From Octopus vulgaris (taxonomy: Eukaryota): a DNA stretch of 64,000 bases. The stretch lies in the NCBI GenBank assembly GCA_951406725.2, contig OX597815.1, forward strand, positions 149,668,001-149,732,000. Reading direction: 5' to 3'. The position numbers and the translations under genes are program-made. The notes beneath the pieces were generated by a model. That model searched no databases. It worked only from the letters and a program-made list of their open reading frames with translations, and was not told the origin of the DNA. Shown here in pieces: positions 40,895-55,135 of this stretch. Within the stretch, counting starts at the first letter, position 1, and every line of letters begins with the position of its first letter.

Positions 40895-41435
40895 CAACTG
40901 GTACTCATTTCATAAACTCCGATAGGATAAGGGCGTGTCGACCCCAGTGGAATTTGAACTCAGGATGTATCAGCAGACGAAATACCTATTTTTTTGCTAC
41001 TCATAAGGCGCTAAACACAGAGGGGACAAACAAGGGCAGATAAACGCATTAGGTTGATTACATCGACCCCAGTCCGTAAAGGGGCCTTAATTTTTCGACC
41101 CCGAAAAGATGAAAGGCAAAGTTGACCTCGGCGGAATTTGAACTCAGAACCTAACGGCAGACGAAATACCTATTTCTTTACTACCCACAAGGGGCTAAAC
41201 ACAGAGTAGTCAAACAAGGACAGACACAGGGATTAAGTCGACTATATCGACCTCAGTGCATAACTGGTCCTTCATTTATCGACCCCGAAAGGATGAAAGG
41301 CAAAGTCGACCTCGGCGGAATTTGAACTCAGAACGTAACGGCAGACGAAATACCGCTAAGCATTTCGCACGGCTTGCCAGCTTGCCGCTAGGCATTTTGC
41401 CAGGCGTGTTAACTATGCTCTCAGCCTGCTGCCTC
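40895..41435 (-). mobile_element. SINE family 5 with ~3 head-to-tail ~184-bp internal units
   Basis: ggaatttgaactcag recurs at ~40949, 41134, 41317. Confidence 0.85.
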
Positions 41436-41544
41436 AAAGCAACAACAACAATAAATTCCCTGGATGCTATGCCATGAAGTGGCTCTCATGACATCTCATC
41501 TTCACTAATTGAAAGTGTTATCATCACCATTGTTTTTCCTTGGT

Positions 41545-43205
41545 AAAATACTACCAAGGGAACAAATAGGATGTACGAAGAAGTCTCAGGGTACCAAGGA
41601 TCACTTGGTCATCGATAAAACAGTTTTGAGGCATTGTAAATATCATCATACAAACATGTCTATGGCTTGGACTGATTTAAGAAGGCATATGATATGATCG
41701 TTGAATGCCTACAGATGTGTCGTGTTGCTGACAACATCACAAATCTTCTGGTGCATAGCATGAAAGAGTGGAAAGCCAAATAGTACTCAAGTAATGTATT
41801 CCTTGGAGAAGTTAATATTAAAAAGGGAATCTTCCAAGTTGACTTCTTTTCCACATTACTTTTTGTAATTGCGCTTATACCCATGATAATGACACTTAGG
41901 AAAGTTAAGATGGGTTACCGATGTGTGAAGAAAGGCCAACTATTGAACCGTTTTCTGCTTATGGATGACCTGAAATTGTTTCGGAAATCTGAAAAACAGA
42001 CTGCTTCCTTAAGCAAAACAGTCCTGAAGTGTGGTAGGAACAGCGGTATGGAATTTGGGATTACCAAATGTTCAGTACTTAATATGAAAAGGGGGAAGAA
42101 AGAACCTGCAGAGGATTGCGACTGCAATCAGGAAATACCATGGGTGAACACTACCGTAGTGGGTATAGATATTTAGGGATTTTTGAGCTGGATGACATTC
42201 TAAACAAAGAGATGAAAGTCAAGGTCAGCGAGGCGTATCAAAAAGGGTGAAGGGGGTATTGAAATCCAACCAGAATACAAAAATATGGATTACCGCAATG
42301 AATATTAGGGCAGTTACGTTGGTCAGATATTGTACGTACATCCTCAAATTAACTATGGAGGAAATATCAACACTGCATAGAAACACGAGAAAGTTAATGA
42401 CGCTGCATGGGGCGCTACACCCAAAAGCAAACGTAAACAGACTGTATATGAAAAGAAAGAATGGTAGCAGAGGACTAATTAGTATAGACCATTGTATAAG
42501 GAGGAAAGGGGAACGTTTCCCGAGCATTTGATAAATAGTGATGAAGACCTGCTGCAATATGCTGAGAAAGATATGGGTGTAAATGCAGATGAAATGAATG
42601 GCATGGAAGCGTTTAACGATGGAGCTGAGAAGAGAAAAGAAGACCATCTTGAAATGAGAATGCATGGACAGTTTGAAAAGGAACACACAAGTAGTTAAGC
42701 ATCGTTGGCATGGCTTGAGCGAGGAGATTTGAAACGTACCACCGAAAGCCTGAACATTGCTGCATAAGACCAAGCCCTCGCTATCAATTCAGTGAAGTAC
42801 AATATCTATAAAACTTCTGACACCCACAAATGCAGACTCTGTGGAAAAAGTGTGGAAAATATGACCCACTTGGTAAGTGGATGTGAGAGCCTTGCCCAAA
42901 AAGAATACAAACGCTGCCACGATAAAGTGTGTGTGTATATATTCATTGGCTTTTATGCCGTAAATATCAATATGAAGTAACAGAAAACTGGTAATAGCAT
43001 GTACCAAGTAATGTTATGCAGGAGGATGGAAAAGTAACGGTACTCTGGGACTAAGATTTTCAGATCGATCGTGTAATCGAACAACGTCGGCCGAATTGAA
43101 AGTGGAAATGGCAAGACTGTATGGAATGCGAGAAGATAACGTAAAAGTGATACCAGTGGTGACCGCAGCGTTGGGCTCAATCCCATTGAAACTTAAAGAC
43201 ATCTT
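41545..43205 (+). mobile_element. R4/Dong-like retrotransposon pseudogene (RT to RLE), followed by (TAA)n
   Basis: EQIGC..GTKDHLVID, LLMDDLKLF, LHPKANVNRLY..RGL, CRLC..HLVSGC..RCHD, IPVVTAALG. Confidence 0.9.
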
Positions 43206-43269
<64 letters not shown>

Positions 43270-43351
43270 GTATACTATGAGTTTCTTTGCCCTAGGAGTC
43301 GGGAAGACACTCGGCAAGAAATGGAAGCAAATTTGAAAGAAGAAAAAAAAA

Positions 43352-43410
<59 letters not shown>

Positions 43411-43415
43411 AATAA

Positions 43416-45920
43416 TGCACACACCACCTTACCAGCATGGAAGTGCGACAAATAACGCAATAGAAAGATGCTCGAAACTATGAGAATGAAGGAAAATAAT
43501 AGTGGTCATAAGGATGATGATGAACGTTACCCTACCTCAGTTGATGAGACAGGAGTTTCCGAAGGAACTCTGGTTGTAACAGCAAAAATGAAGCTGGACC
43601 TTTAAGGAAAGGCCTCTCGGTCGGCAGTGGTTCAGTAAAGATGCAGAATGACCACAGCTGTTATCATAATACAGCTTCAGCAGATAATAAAGAGGAGGAT
43701 GTCGACCAGCGAAGAAACCAGTATAGTGATGCAGTGCTACCTAGAAAGTGAACCTAAAGAAAGGGCTACAGAAAACGGATGTTAACGCTATGAGTAGAGA
43801 AGGTATGTATAAAGTCACTGAGCAAAGATCAGTAGATTAATCTAATGCTATTAGGAGAAAAAAGTGGATGACAGAAGTGCAAGTAGAAGAGACCACAAGA
43901 GAAGTGCAAAAGAAGGTCCAAGCAGTAGGAAAGACAAACAACAACGTAAGAGATACAGCTCAAACCAAAGAAGAACCTAAACGAAACAATAACAATAGCG
44001 CTACTAACAAGGAAGGGACAAAAGGCACCAGCGACTTAAGTGATTTGAGTAAGGAATATTTGAAGATTTTAGATGAGTTTCAGGAAGTAATGAGTAAAGA
44101 CGTTACGAAAAAGATTGCCAGCTGTAAAAGCCATCAACAGAAGGAAGCTGCTAGAAATGAGCAGGAAAGTAGATTTTGTTATCTGTAGGGGACACTATCT
44201 TATTGATCTATGCAGGAGGGTTAGTAGTCGCCAGAAGATTATATATCTCACAGGGAAAGACTAAATAATGGCAAATGTAGAAAAGGATTCTACAAAATAA
44301 ATTGAAGACTGTATGACAACATCTGTGTAAAATAGATGCAAATTTTCCCTAGAGAAGTGCTTCTTAGTCAAAGAAAAAGGATTTAGGACAGTGTTAGAAG
44401 AGTGGAAACTGCGTATGACAGCCGTAGCAGGCAAGCACTCCAGATATCAATAAATTATAGATCAGTATCAACAAAATAGATTATTTGAGACAAACAAGAG
44501 ATTTTATTACCAAATAAGCATCGGTGAAAGAAGTACTGAAGATGAGAAACCTGATACAGACGAAGCTAGAAAGTTCTGGAGTAACATTTGGGATAAGCCA
44601 GTGAATCATAATGGAGATGCAGTATGGTTAAAGGAAGTGAGAGAGGAAGTAGTGAGTGAGAAGCAGCCAGATCTAAGAATAACTATTGCATTAATGAGTA
44701 AAGCGTTAGGAAAAATGCCGAATTGGATGGGCCTAGGACCGGATTTAGTTCAAGACATTTAGTAGTATACATGGGGGGGGGGGGATGAGAGAAGAATTTA
44801 GAATTACGTTAATGTGGGAATAATACCAGATCGGAAGACTAGAGTGGGGACAATACTCTTGAATGATAAGAGTAAGGGTAATACGGCTAGCAATTGTAGA
44901 CCAGGCACTTGCTTGTTATTAGTGTGGAAGTTGTTAGCAGGAATGCCTTGAGAAAGCATTTACGATCACATTGACAACCGGAATTTACTAACAGAAGTTC
45001 AGAAAGGTTGCAGGAAGAAGACTAGAGGAACGCATGGTTTATTATATAGACAAAGCAGTTCTAAATGAAATAAACCCTAGACTGAAAATTTAACAATAGC
45101 ATGAAAGGATTATAAGAAAACCTATCACATGATCCAATACTCGTAGATAAATGAATGTGTGAATGTTTGAGTATGCTTAGTATAGCAGATAACATAAAAG
45201 GATTAATCAGCTTTAGTATGAAGAAATGGAAAGTAGATCTCTACTAAGGTGATACATTCTTATGGATTGTTAATATCCAAAGAGGAATTTTCTAGGGGTA
45301 CTCGTTGATCCCTTTTTATATTTGTCGTATGTCTCATCCCTTTCAGTTGAATATGAAGGAAGGCAAAGGCGGGATATCAGTTCAGAAATAGTAAGGGGAA
45401 GATTAACCATTTGCTCTACATGGATGATATGAATAAGTTTAGTAAGTATAAAAAAGAGACAGATTCCTTAATACACACCTTAAGACTCTTCAGCAAAGAT
45501 AGAGGCATAGAGTTTGACATAGATAAACATGCAATATCAGTCATGAGAAGAGGACAGGTAGTCAACATTGATGGCCAGACATCAAAATCATTGAAAGGAG
45601 ATAGTTATAAGCATCTAAGAGTATTAGAATCTGACAAAGTACTAACTATAGAAATGGAAACGAAAATTGAAAAGGAGCGCTTCAGCGGGATGAAGAAGCT
45701 AAAAAGTCAAATTAAATGGCCTGAATCGAGCGAAGGCAGTATTATCACTTCGATACTCAGCAGCTATTATAGATTAGACAAAAGCTGATCTAGTAAAGCG
45801 AGGCAGAAGAACTAGGAAGGATTCAATATGAATGGAGGTCGCCACCCAAGCGCAGAAGTAGCAAGATTATACTTACCTAGAAAGAAAGGTGGAAGAGAAT
45901 TTTATACCATGGAGGATGGA
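43416..45920 (+). mobile_element. R4/Dong-like retrotransposon, N-terminal region through RT, heavily decayed, preceded by (TAA)n
   Basis: VMQCYLES..GYRKRM..VTEQR; FWSNIW; GPD; QKGCRK; LLYMDD; HPSAEVARLYLPRKKGGR. Confidence 0.85.
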
Positions 45921-46029
45921 AAGAAAAGGAGAATGTGGGGCGATATAATCTCAGAACGCAAAAACCTGAAGAAGTATGGCAAAGTAATATTTTGGAATCA
46001 GTAGCAATTTTGCCATCATCATAAGATGT

Positions 46030-46352
46030 AAAATTATGATGAGGATAATTATGACGATGAGGAGGAGGATAATGACGATGAGGAAGTGGACGGGGAGGGA
46101 GTAGACGACGACGATCGCGATGACCACGACGGTGATGATGATGAAGACGATGATGAAGTTGGTAGTGATGATGAAAGAAAGGAAGAAAAAGAAGAAGAAG
46201 AGGAAAAGAGAGACGAGGAAGAGAATGAAGAAGGAGGAGGAGAAGAAGCAGAAGAAGAAGAAGAAGAAGAAGAAGTAGAAGAGGAAGTAGAAGAAGAAGT
46301 AGAAGAAGAAGAAGAAGAAGAAGAAGAAGAAGAAGAAGAAGAAAAAGAAGAA

Positions 46353-46387
<35 letters not shown>

Positions 46388-46452
46388 AGAAGAAGAAGAA
46401 GAAGAAGAAGAAGAAGAAGAAGAAGAAGAAGAAGAAGAAGAGGAAGCAGAAG
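46030..46452. repeat. Compound (GAY/GAG/GAA)n trinucleotide repeat
   Basis: Direct read. Confidence 0.9.
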
Positions 46453-46706
46453 AAATGCGATTTACTCTTGTACCGTTGTGTGAACTGCACTTTAAAAGGA
46501 TGAACATTTGTGGCGTTGCATCTGAGACGTAAAAGAAAATAGAATGAAAAGGATACGTGACAGCTATAAACTAGAAGTACTCTTCAGATGACACGCAGTC
46601 TTTAAGACTACATTTCTTTCTTTAGACACAAAGAAATACAAATATCTGTTTGCCATAGATGCAAACCCATAAATAGCCACACGGACGCATTTATACATGC
46701 ACGCCT

Positions 46707-46775
<69 letters not shown>

Positions 46776-46779
46776 AGAT

Positions 46780-46834
<55 letters not shown>

Positions 46835-47924
46835 CGGGTAGATAGATAGATAGATAGATAGTTAGATATGTTTCTTTATTAGCCTCACAGGGCTGCACAC
46901 AGACAGAACAAATTACAAGGTAGAGCTTTTCTTTTGGGGGTAAAAAAAGGGGGTTGGTTTTCGATCAAAAGGGATCGTAAAAGAAAAGAAAGAGGACAAA
47001 AAAAAGGGGAGGATTTAAAAAAAAGGGGGGAGAGGGAAAAATAGATAGATAGATAGATAGACAGAGAGAGAGAGAGGAGAGAGAGAGAGAGGGACACTGA
47101 TATATATGTACACGCATACACGCACACGTATATCACGTAGATATGTACGACGCATATATATGTGCGTATAGGTCTATGTATAAATGTATATTCATATTTA
47201 GACTTATAGTTGTTCTTCACAATATATGGAATGCAGGCGGCTATTAATGCACTCTGCATGCTATATGCCAAAACAAGCGGAAATAAGGCAGCCATTTTTG
47301 ATTGACCTAATACTAAATCATTCTTCTTAGTTCACAAAGATACAAATATGTGACTTGTGGTCCATGTGATGAGATCAATCTTTTAAGCTACCTTTATGTG
47401 CAAATATTGAATATAGATTTCTTCATTCGAATTAATATAAAATAAGTGTATATTTTGTACAGCCAAATCCTATAAAGCTAAAAGTTTAAAGCCATACCTT
47501 TAAATCTATTAGATTTAAAAAGTCGTCGAGCTGAGCTGGACCAAACTAAACCTAACGCAATACATTACTTTCGCATCGGAAAAGGGAATACTTTTCATTC
47601 TGAGCCACATGGACAGCCTATGCATGTCAGACAGTTCTCTCTACGACTTAGGAATTCATTTAAACTCTTGAGGTACATTATACTTTCAGATATCGACGTA
47701 GATTTACAGCCTTTGAATTTATCATTTCTCCAGCTTATTACGGTTTGGGAATAATCAATTTTTTTTCATTATCTTAACTATAGTTGCTGTTTTTTATCTC
47801 TCGACCAGCCCGAATAGAAAATGTCTTAGATGTTGTCTCCTATTTATTTATGTCAGTAGCGTGGAATTTGAGAAATGTATACATGAGGCTTTTAGCAGAT
47901 CATATAAAAACATTATCGCTGTGT

Positions 47925-48747
47925 ATTAATAGTTATCGCCAAGATACCATGGCAGTCCAGAAAAATAGGACGAATGCTGCCTTTGATTTCTAATTCTCTC
48001 TAAAGGAGACGACGGCAGCAGTACTGGATATTAATAGTTATCGCCAAGCTAACATAGCAACCCAGAAAAATAGGACGAATGCTGCCGTTGATTAGCTCCA
48101 AGACCAACTCTTCGAAGGATTACTTACTTAAATTCAGTGGAAGGATTATTTACCTAAATTCAGTGGAAACTCTCCTTTTCGATGGTTATAATAGATAGAG
48201 GTTTGTGTATCACATAGCTAGCTAGAGGCGATGGCCTCTTCGAGCTAAACAACGGCAGCATTCGTCCTATTTTTCTGGACTGCCATGTTAGCTTGGCGAT
48301 AACCATTAATATCCAGTACCGCTACCGTAGTCTCCTTTAGAGAGAATTAGAAAAAATGATATTATTATTATTATTTTTTTTTTTTTTTTGTTTTGGAAAA
48401 CCAGTGGATGTATTCCACTGAATTTAAGTAAATAATCGTTCGAACAGTCGGTCGGCAGCGACGCCTCCTGGGTTCGTCTACTCCACATTGATAAGAGGCA
48501 AACACCTTGAAACTAGTCTGTGGATGCCAGACCAGCAAAGGGAAGCTGCTGATTTCACCTGTTCGAAGGTTATAATAGACAGAGGTTTGTGTGTTACATA
48601 GCTAGCTAGAGGCGATCCCCTCTTCAAGTTAATCAACGGCAGCATTCGTCCTAATTTTTCTGGACTGTCATATTAGCTTGGCGATAACTATTAATATCCA
48701 GTACCACCACAGTAGTCTCCTCTAGAGAGAACTAGAAATAATGATAT
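47925..48747. mobile_element. Rearranged array of PLE pLTR segments (minus-strand pieces 47925-48168, plus-strand copies 48178-48362 and 48400-48747)
   Basis: Block ggcagcattcgtcctatttttctggac..ttggcgataac occurs four times in two orientations; HHR at 48482. Confidence 0.82.
48482..48524 (+). ncRNA. Minimal hammerhead, G8A variant (likely inactive), same family as 4005-4049
   Basis: TCCACA-TTGATAA-GAGG-CAAACA-CCTT-GAAAC-TA-GTC-TGTGGA. Confidence 0.72.
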
Positions 48748-49156
48748 TTCTATTAATGCTGTGCATGCGTATATATTGAGAAAATAAATGGCTGAGCAAC
48801 ATCGACGAATGAAAGACAGAAATATGATGGAATTCATAAGTTTAACTCTGGCTGATAGTCTCTAATTTCTATTTAATTTAACTACTAAATGACATTTAAC
48901 CTGACAACAAATCTGATAGCACTAAATTACATGAATCTACACATTTGTTTCGTAGCAATACTTTTTTGAATTGTATTTGAAATTCCGTTATATGACACGA
49001 TGATTTCATCGCATTTCGCTTAAACAAGACAAGTTATAAAAACAGATTTAGGACAAACTAGTATTTCCTTATTGGATTGTTCTCGTCTGTTCTTTCATCC
49101 AATTATTTGCAGTTGAAAATCATGGAAGTGCTTTTGACAGAATAATCCCCGTTAGT

Positions 49157-49187
<31 letters not shown>

Positions 49188-49516
49188 TTTTTCGAAACTT
49201 TACGTATTTTACATTATTTCTAGTTGAATATAGAATACAAGTAACTTTCTGCACTGTATTTACCATCTGTAAATCTTAATCAATATACCACAAGTGCTTT
49301 CTGAAAAATGAGAAACTTTTGTTGAGTCGTCCTTTTTCTTTTTCCGTATGTTTTATTTTTCATTTTTACCTTATTTTTCTTTCAAAAGAATCAGTAAAGA
49401 TGAAAAGCAAAGCAGACATGAATGATATTAGTGTATTAGTTTATATATAGTCTCTTATGCACACACACACACACACACGCACGCACACACACACACACAC
49501 GCGCGCACACACACAC

Positions 49517-49550
<34 letters not shown>

Positions 49551-49586
49551 GCATACAGAAATATATACACACATATATATACATAC

Positions 49587-49631
<45 letters not shown>

Positions 49632-49668
49632 AATATATATCTTTCTGTATATATATATATATATATAT

Positions 49669-49724
<56 letters not shown>

Positions 49725-50077
49725 GTATTTATATATATGTATGTTTGTATATATATATATATGTATGTATATGTGTCTGTATGCATGTGTGTGTATGTAT
49801 GTGAATAAATATGTATATTGTATTTGTGTGTATATGTATGGGTTTATGTTTTTTTGGTGTCCATCTCAGTCTATATATGTATGTGTTTCGATGTTCTTGA
49901 TTTTCTTTGTTTGTATGTCGCTTCAAGGTACGAAAACAGACGAAAATTGGTGAAAAAAAAATCCAAAAATAGAATACTGAGAAGTCGCTAAAGAATGATC
50001 TGGTATTGCTTAGGATGACTTTGGGTGGTGAATATGACAATGTTGATGTCGACATCATTATCATCATCATCATCATC

Positions 50078-50109
<32 letters not shown>

Positions 50110-50209
50110 NNNNNNNNNNNNNNNNNNNNNNNNNNNNNNNNNNNNNNNNNNNNNNNNNNNNNNNNNNNNNNNNNNNNNNNNNNNNNNNNNNNNNNNNNNN
50201 NNNNNNNNN
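50110..50209. other. Assembly gap (100 N) inside a (CAT)n tract
   Basis: Direct read. Confidence 1.
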
Positions 50210-50217
50210 TCATCATC

Positions 50218-50254
<37 letters not shown>

Positions 50255-50454
50255 ACGTCAAGTAAAGAATGGTCAGGCAAATAAAGGAATGCTATATACT
50301 AAAATGAGTATAAAAATGTAAAATTACAAATTAATATAAAGTAATATAAAAAGAAGGTTTACTTCCGACCATTTTGCAATTAGCGATGATAGAAAGTTGA
50401 CTAGACTTCGGAATCGAAATTTTTCGTAGAATCTATTTCTTAGAACCATGAACA

Positions 50455-50566
50455 ACTAATACTGCTACTACTACTACCACCACCACCACCACCACCACCA
50501 CTAATACTACTACTACTATTACTACTGCTGCTGCTAATACTACTAATACTAAAAATAATATTAATA

Positions 50567-50598
<32 letters not shown>

Positions 50599-50621
50599 GA
50601 GGATTATGATGATAATAATAA

Positions 50622-50680
<59 letters not shown>

Positions 50681-50720
50681 ATAGCAATGATAATAATAGC
50701 AATGATGACGACGACAACGA
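50455..50720. repeat. Compound trinucleotide tract (CTA, CCA, TAA, TGA, TAG)n
   Basis: Direct read. Confidence 0.9.
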
Positions 50721-52304
50721 TGATTATGAGAATGGTAGGGAGGAGAAGGAAGAGGAGTGTGAGGCGGAGGGTAATTACAGTGTTACAATATTTTTGTTAA
50801 TATTTTCTTAACTACTGTTGGATATTTGATACTGTAAGATTTCTTTTCCAGCTGGTTGTGTATTTGGCGATGGACGCCAACCTCTTTATTGTATTATTGC
50901 ACGCAATGTTCAGAGGTTAGTATTTATTTTTATATCGCTGATTAGATTCAGGTATGGGAGTTTCGTTTTGTGTATTTGCTATTTTTGTACGGGAGGTAGT
51001 TCATATTCAGAGTTTTGTAATGGGCTACAACTTTCTGTCGGTTTATGTTTAATATCTTTAGGTATTATATAAATATATATATATATAAGAAATAAAAGAG
51101 CAAACCAATAAACAGATGGTTTATGCTAGTAGAAACTTTGCCGAAATATGTCGTAGATATACATCGTAGTTTTAATGCCGTTATTGGAATCTGTGTTTAC
51201 GCAATACAGTTATTGCTAATTGAACGTTTTTAGATATATCATTGTTACTAGTTTGAAGGGTTGATTGAATAACTTACGCCATTTAAATTTACTAAAGCAA
51301 CAATCATGACCAATAGTTAGGAACTTTTTTTTAGAATTAAAATTGCTATGCCAAGTACAATTCGGTTCGCATATGTTCAACATAGACAGATATTTACCTA
51401 ATAATTGATCCGATGGCTCAATATCTAGACGAAAAAGTAGGCCAAACCGAAAATATAGTTCTTGACCAAATTCCTTACTTTGGTATTTAATATGAAAATT
51501 CTAATTTTCATACCTGCGTTCCAAACTTTTGGCTACGACGTATGATAAATGGCACACTGCATCAATCTTAATTTCTACGCAACATTAAAATCCAACAATA
51601 CGTAGAAAGAGTATGACAATACTTTAGCCAGAAACATTTTACTCAGCTTGAATTTCAATCTGTTGACCGGGGATTCGTTGTAAACAAAGTGAAATTTTTT
51701 TCTTTTGTATTTGACCTATGAACTTAATTCTTGATGCAGCAAAATATTTCCAGGAAAACTAAAAGTATTCAAAAGACGATATTATAAAAGAATATTTCCA
51801 TAATAAAAATTTGTCCAGGTTTTAGGTATATAATAACTTAATGCTGAAATATTTTCATCACGCGATTTTTTGCGAGGTTATACAGAATACTTAACGTGAG
51901 ATATCATCAAACGTTGCGAGGCGTAGAATTTATAATACGTTCAACATATTCGTGAGTATGCTAGTAATATCTTATATCTAATGCGTGTAAAATATATAAG
52001 TATATTTTACACCTAATATATGGTAATGTATCGGTTTCAAATTTTGGCATAAAGCCAGTAATTTGGGGTGAAGGGCCAAGTCGATTACGCCTGAGATGGT
52101 GCTTAGATTGCGTTAGTATAATGGCCGCCTGTGTTACTTTGAGTTAACAAGAGGACAGCAAAAATTATTGTTCATTGAAGTTTACGAAACATTGATCGAT
52201 ACAGACGCACTGGATTTAAAAAGTGATTCTTGTAGAAAAGAAATAATATTCTCTACACTCTTTGCAACAGAAAGTCTATTATGCACACATTATACTTAAT
52301 TCAA

Positions 52305-52468
52305 ATTCGTCTGCCACTACGTTCTGGCTTCAAATTCCGCCAAAGTCGAATTAGCCTTTTATCCTTTCGGAGTCGATGAATTAAGTGTCAGTTTCGTATT
52401 GGGGTCGATCTACTCGACTAATCCGCACCTACCGAATTTCATGCTTTGTGCCTATAGTATAAAGGATT
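52305..52468 (+). mobile_element. SINE family 5 fragment
   Basis: ttcaaattccgccaaagtcga..gccttttatcctttcggagtcgat. Confidence 0.75.
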
Positions 52469-54884
52469 ATACTTAATAGAGTAATCTGATACGAAACAGC
52501 AAATTCAAGAAATACGAGACAGGTTAAATCATTGATTTGAAAGCCGTCTTAGGAAGTTCTTAAGCTTTCCAAGCCAGCTATCGGCGAAAGGTTTGACATT
52601 CCACGCTTAAACCAGTACTATTTTCATCAAAAGAATCAAGGTCAAAGGCTTAGTGTTCAGTAATATATGACAGTAATTGTCTGGTAATGTGGCTCTACGG
52701 AATACAGGCTAATGATAATTGATAATAAAGAAAGTTTAGTCGAGGTTCTCCTACAAAATGATACTTTGATACCACCGTACCGTTTTCTCTAGGAAAATTC
52801 CTTCAATGCATATTCAATAGCCATCAAATATTAACAAGTAACTGAAATTCTTTTATGAGAATTATGAGAATAATTAGGGATTGTTACATCATTATCATTT
52901 GTATTGCTATTCGTATAAGTCCACAAGTAGTTAAGATGATAAATTTGTCCGTATTCGTATCACTGTCATTAATAGATTGTTAGTAAAAGGCCTCTAGGAA
53001 GAGACGCGCGTCATCAATGCTATATTTGTAACTGTAGTGGTATTCGTATTTTAGTTTCTCTCATTATTTTCATGGTTTATTGCACACAATATCCGATTAG
53101 AATTAGAAGAAGCTTCTCCTACATTAGTGATATCAGACTGAGTCAGGGTGAGGTTCAGAAAGAAACTTGTGGTAAACCAAGTAATAACAATTGCTTTTGT
53201 ATATCTTTTATTAATCAAGAATATAATAATCTTTATGGCCCCTTCAACTTAGAATTAATTTTAGAGAATGATTTCAATTTAGAGCGATTTGTGTGATCTG
53301 TTTAATTGCCAAATACATTAGGTGCTAAAAGTATGTGAATTATGAGTGCTTAACCATAGAGTTATCAACGATCCTGAGGTTTTTGCGTGCAGTATGAAAT
53401 TACTTCATATCTCAAAGAATGTTTTACTAATAATACCTTTTAGATGTAAACAGTATGATGCACTAGATTATAATATGTTATAGTTCTTTTCCATATGCAT
53501 TATTCATACGTTTACATTCTGAAGTACTCATTGATGTATACAGCTGGTGTGCATTAATTTTAGCGAAGCTATCAGAAGGATCTTCCTTAGAGGAATCTCT
53601 AAGTAATTTGTTAGTTTTTTTTTTTTATATTGTATTGTAGTTAGTTATTTTTTTAATATTGTATTGTAATTACTGCTATGAATGCCATAGGTAGCTTGAC
53701 ATGTAATAGATTGGGATACTCAATTACTAACAAAAACTGTAGGTATTTGTTTGTAGTTCTTCTGATTAGATATTCATTTATAGTTTTGTTACGTGTTTGC
53801 GTGTGTGAGTCATTGAGAAATTCAATGGAAATAAGTATCTTTGAGCGTCTTTAAGAGTGGAGGTAATAATGCATATCATATTATGTTTTTACAATTTTAA
53901 GAAATGTTCATGTTTCAGTGATCCACTGATCCACCACAGTGAAGTTCACTGTGAAGCGCAGCTTCGTATTATGCTCGCAGAATGAGCATTTATTGAATTC
54001 GTTATCATCTTCAAATCATATCAATATATTACTACGTAAACAGAGATTATGTTGCCGACCGTTACCAATACTTCGACTTATAATTCGATAGAGGTTCTAG
54101 TAAAGTATTTTTAAAATGACAGATTATGTTGCTTTTAAAAACATTTAGACAGACTTGCAAATGTTTTCTCTGTACTTAAATATTCGCACATATTGATAAA
54201 AAGACATAATTGCTTGAGTTAATATCATCGAATGGTTCGGTGTTACCGGACGTGAGGCTTGATGATTGGTATGATACAGTTAGAAGCGGATAGAAGGATT
54301 TCTTGTAAATTTATTAACCCCGGAGCAATATACTTACATTAACTGATCATCGAATGTTTGCTGGTACGAATATGGTTAATGATTCTTCTACAATGTTTAC
54401 AAGAAGAACGCTTTGCTATAAACGAGAACTTACAGAAACGGGGTTAAGTAGTATCATTGTGGTAATGAACGTTTGAACTAAAACTAATTTGGGTCACACC
54501 ATAGGACATCTCTTGTTCTGTTCTTCTTTCTCAGACATTAGTATGGGTCTTGCGTGCCATTTCATTTATAAAGAAAACATTATTAGATACCTATTTATTA
54601 TAATAGTATTTAGCATACATACTATACATACAAGACTAGAAACTTAAAGAGACTCCAAAGCGATAAAAACCACTTCTAATAACCGGTTGATAGCTAACAG
54701 GTCCGACCCCGGAGACACGAATGGTATAAGTGAGGTCAATTAGAATTACATTAAGAACATAAATGTAGGAACGGTAGCATCAGCTGGCCTGTCCGACGCT
54801 TGAACGAATCTGCCAGTTCACCGCATTCAGAGACGTAAGACGTATAGAACGTTATAAGAGTAATATTTCATCAAGTGGAATTTG

Positions 54885-54917
<33 letters not shown>

Positions 54918-54933
54918 ATATGTGTGAGAAATG

Positions 54934-54979
<46 letters not shown>

Positions 54980-55052
54980 TGCATATATATTTGGATATAT
55001 ATATATATATATAGATAATGTATGTATATGTATATAGATATGTATATATATG

Positions 55053-55083
<31 letters not shown>

Positions 55084-55102
55084 GCATCTATATATATATA
55101 TC

Positions 55103-55135
<33 letters not shown>

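Noticed and set aside
46086-46532. 148-aa Asp/Glu-rich ORF resembling prothymosin or neurofilament tails
   Set aside because: GTG start, pure trinucleotide repeat open in several frames, no splice or domain evidence
50800-54700. Long microsatellite-poor segment that might hold host exons
   Set aside because: No convincing ORF, splice-bounded exon or domain; needs RNA-seq or tBLASTx
54790-54842. CCGACGC-TTGAA...TTCA-GAGAC-GTA hammerhead-like string
   Set aside because: Three core mismatches and a weak stem I; cannot be told from chance
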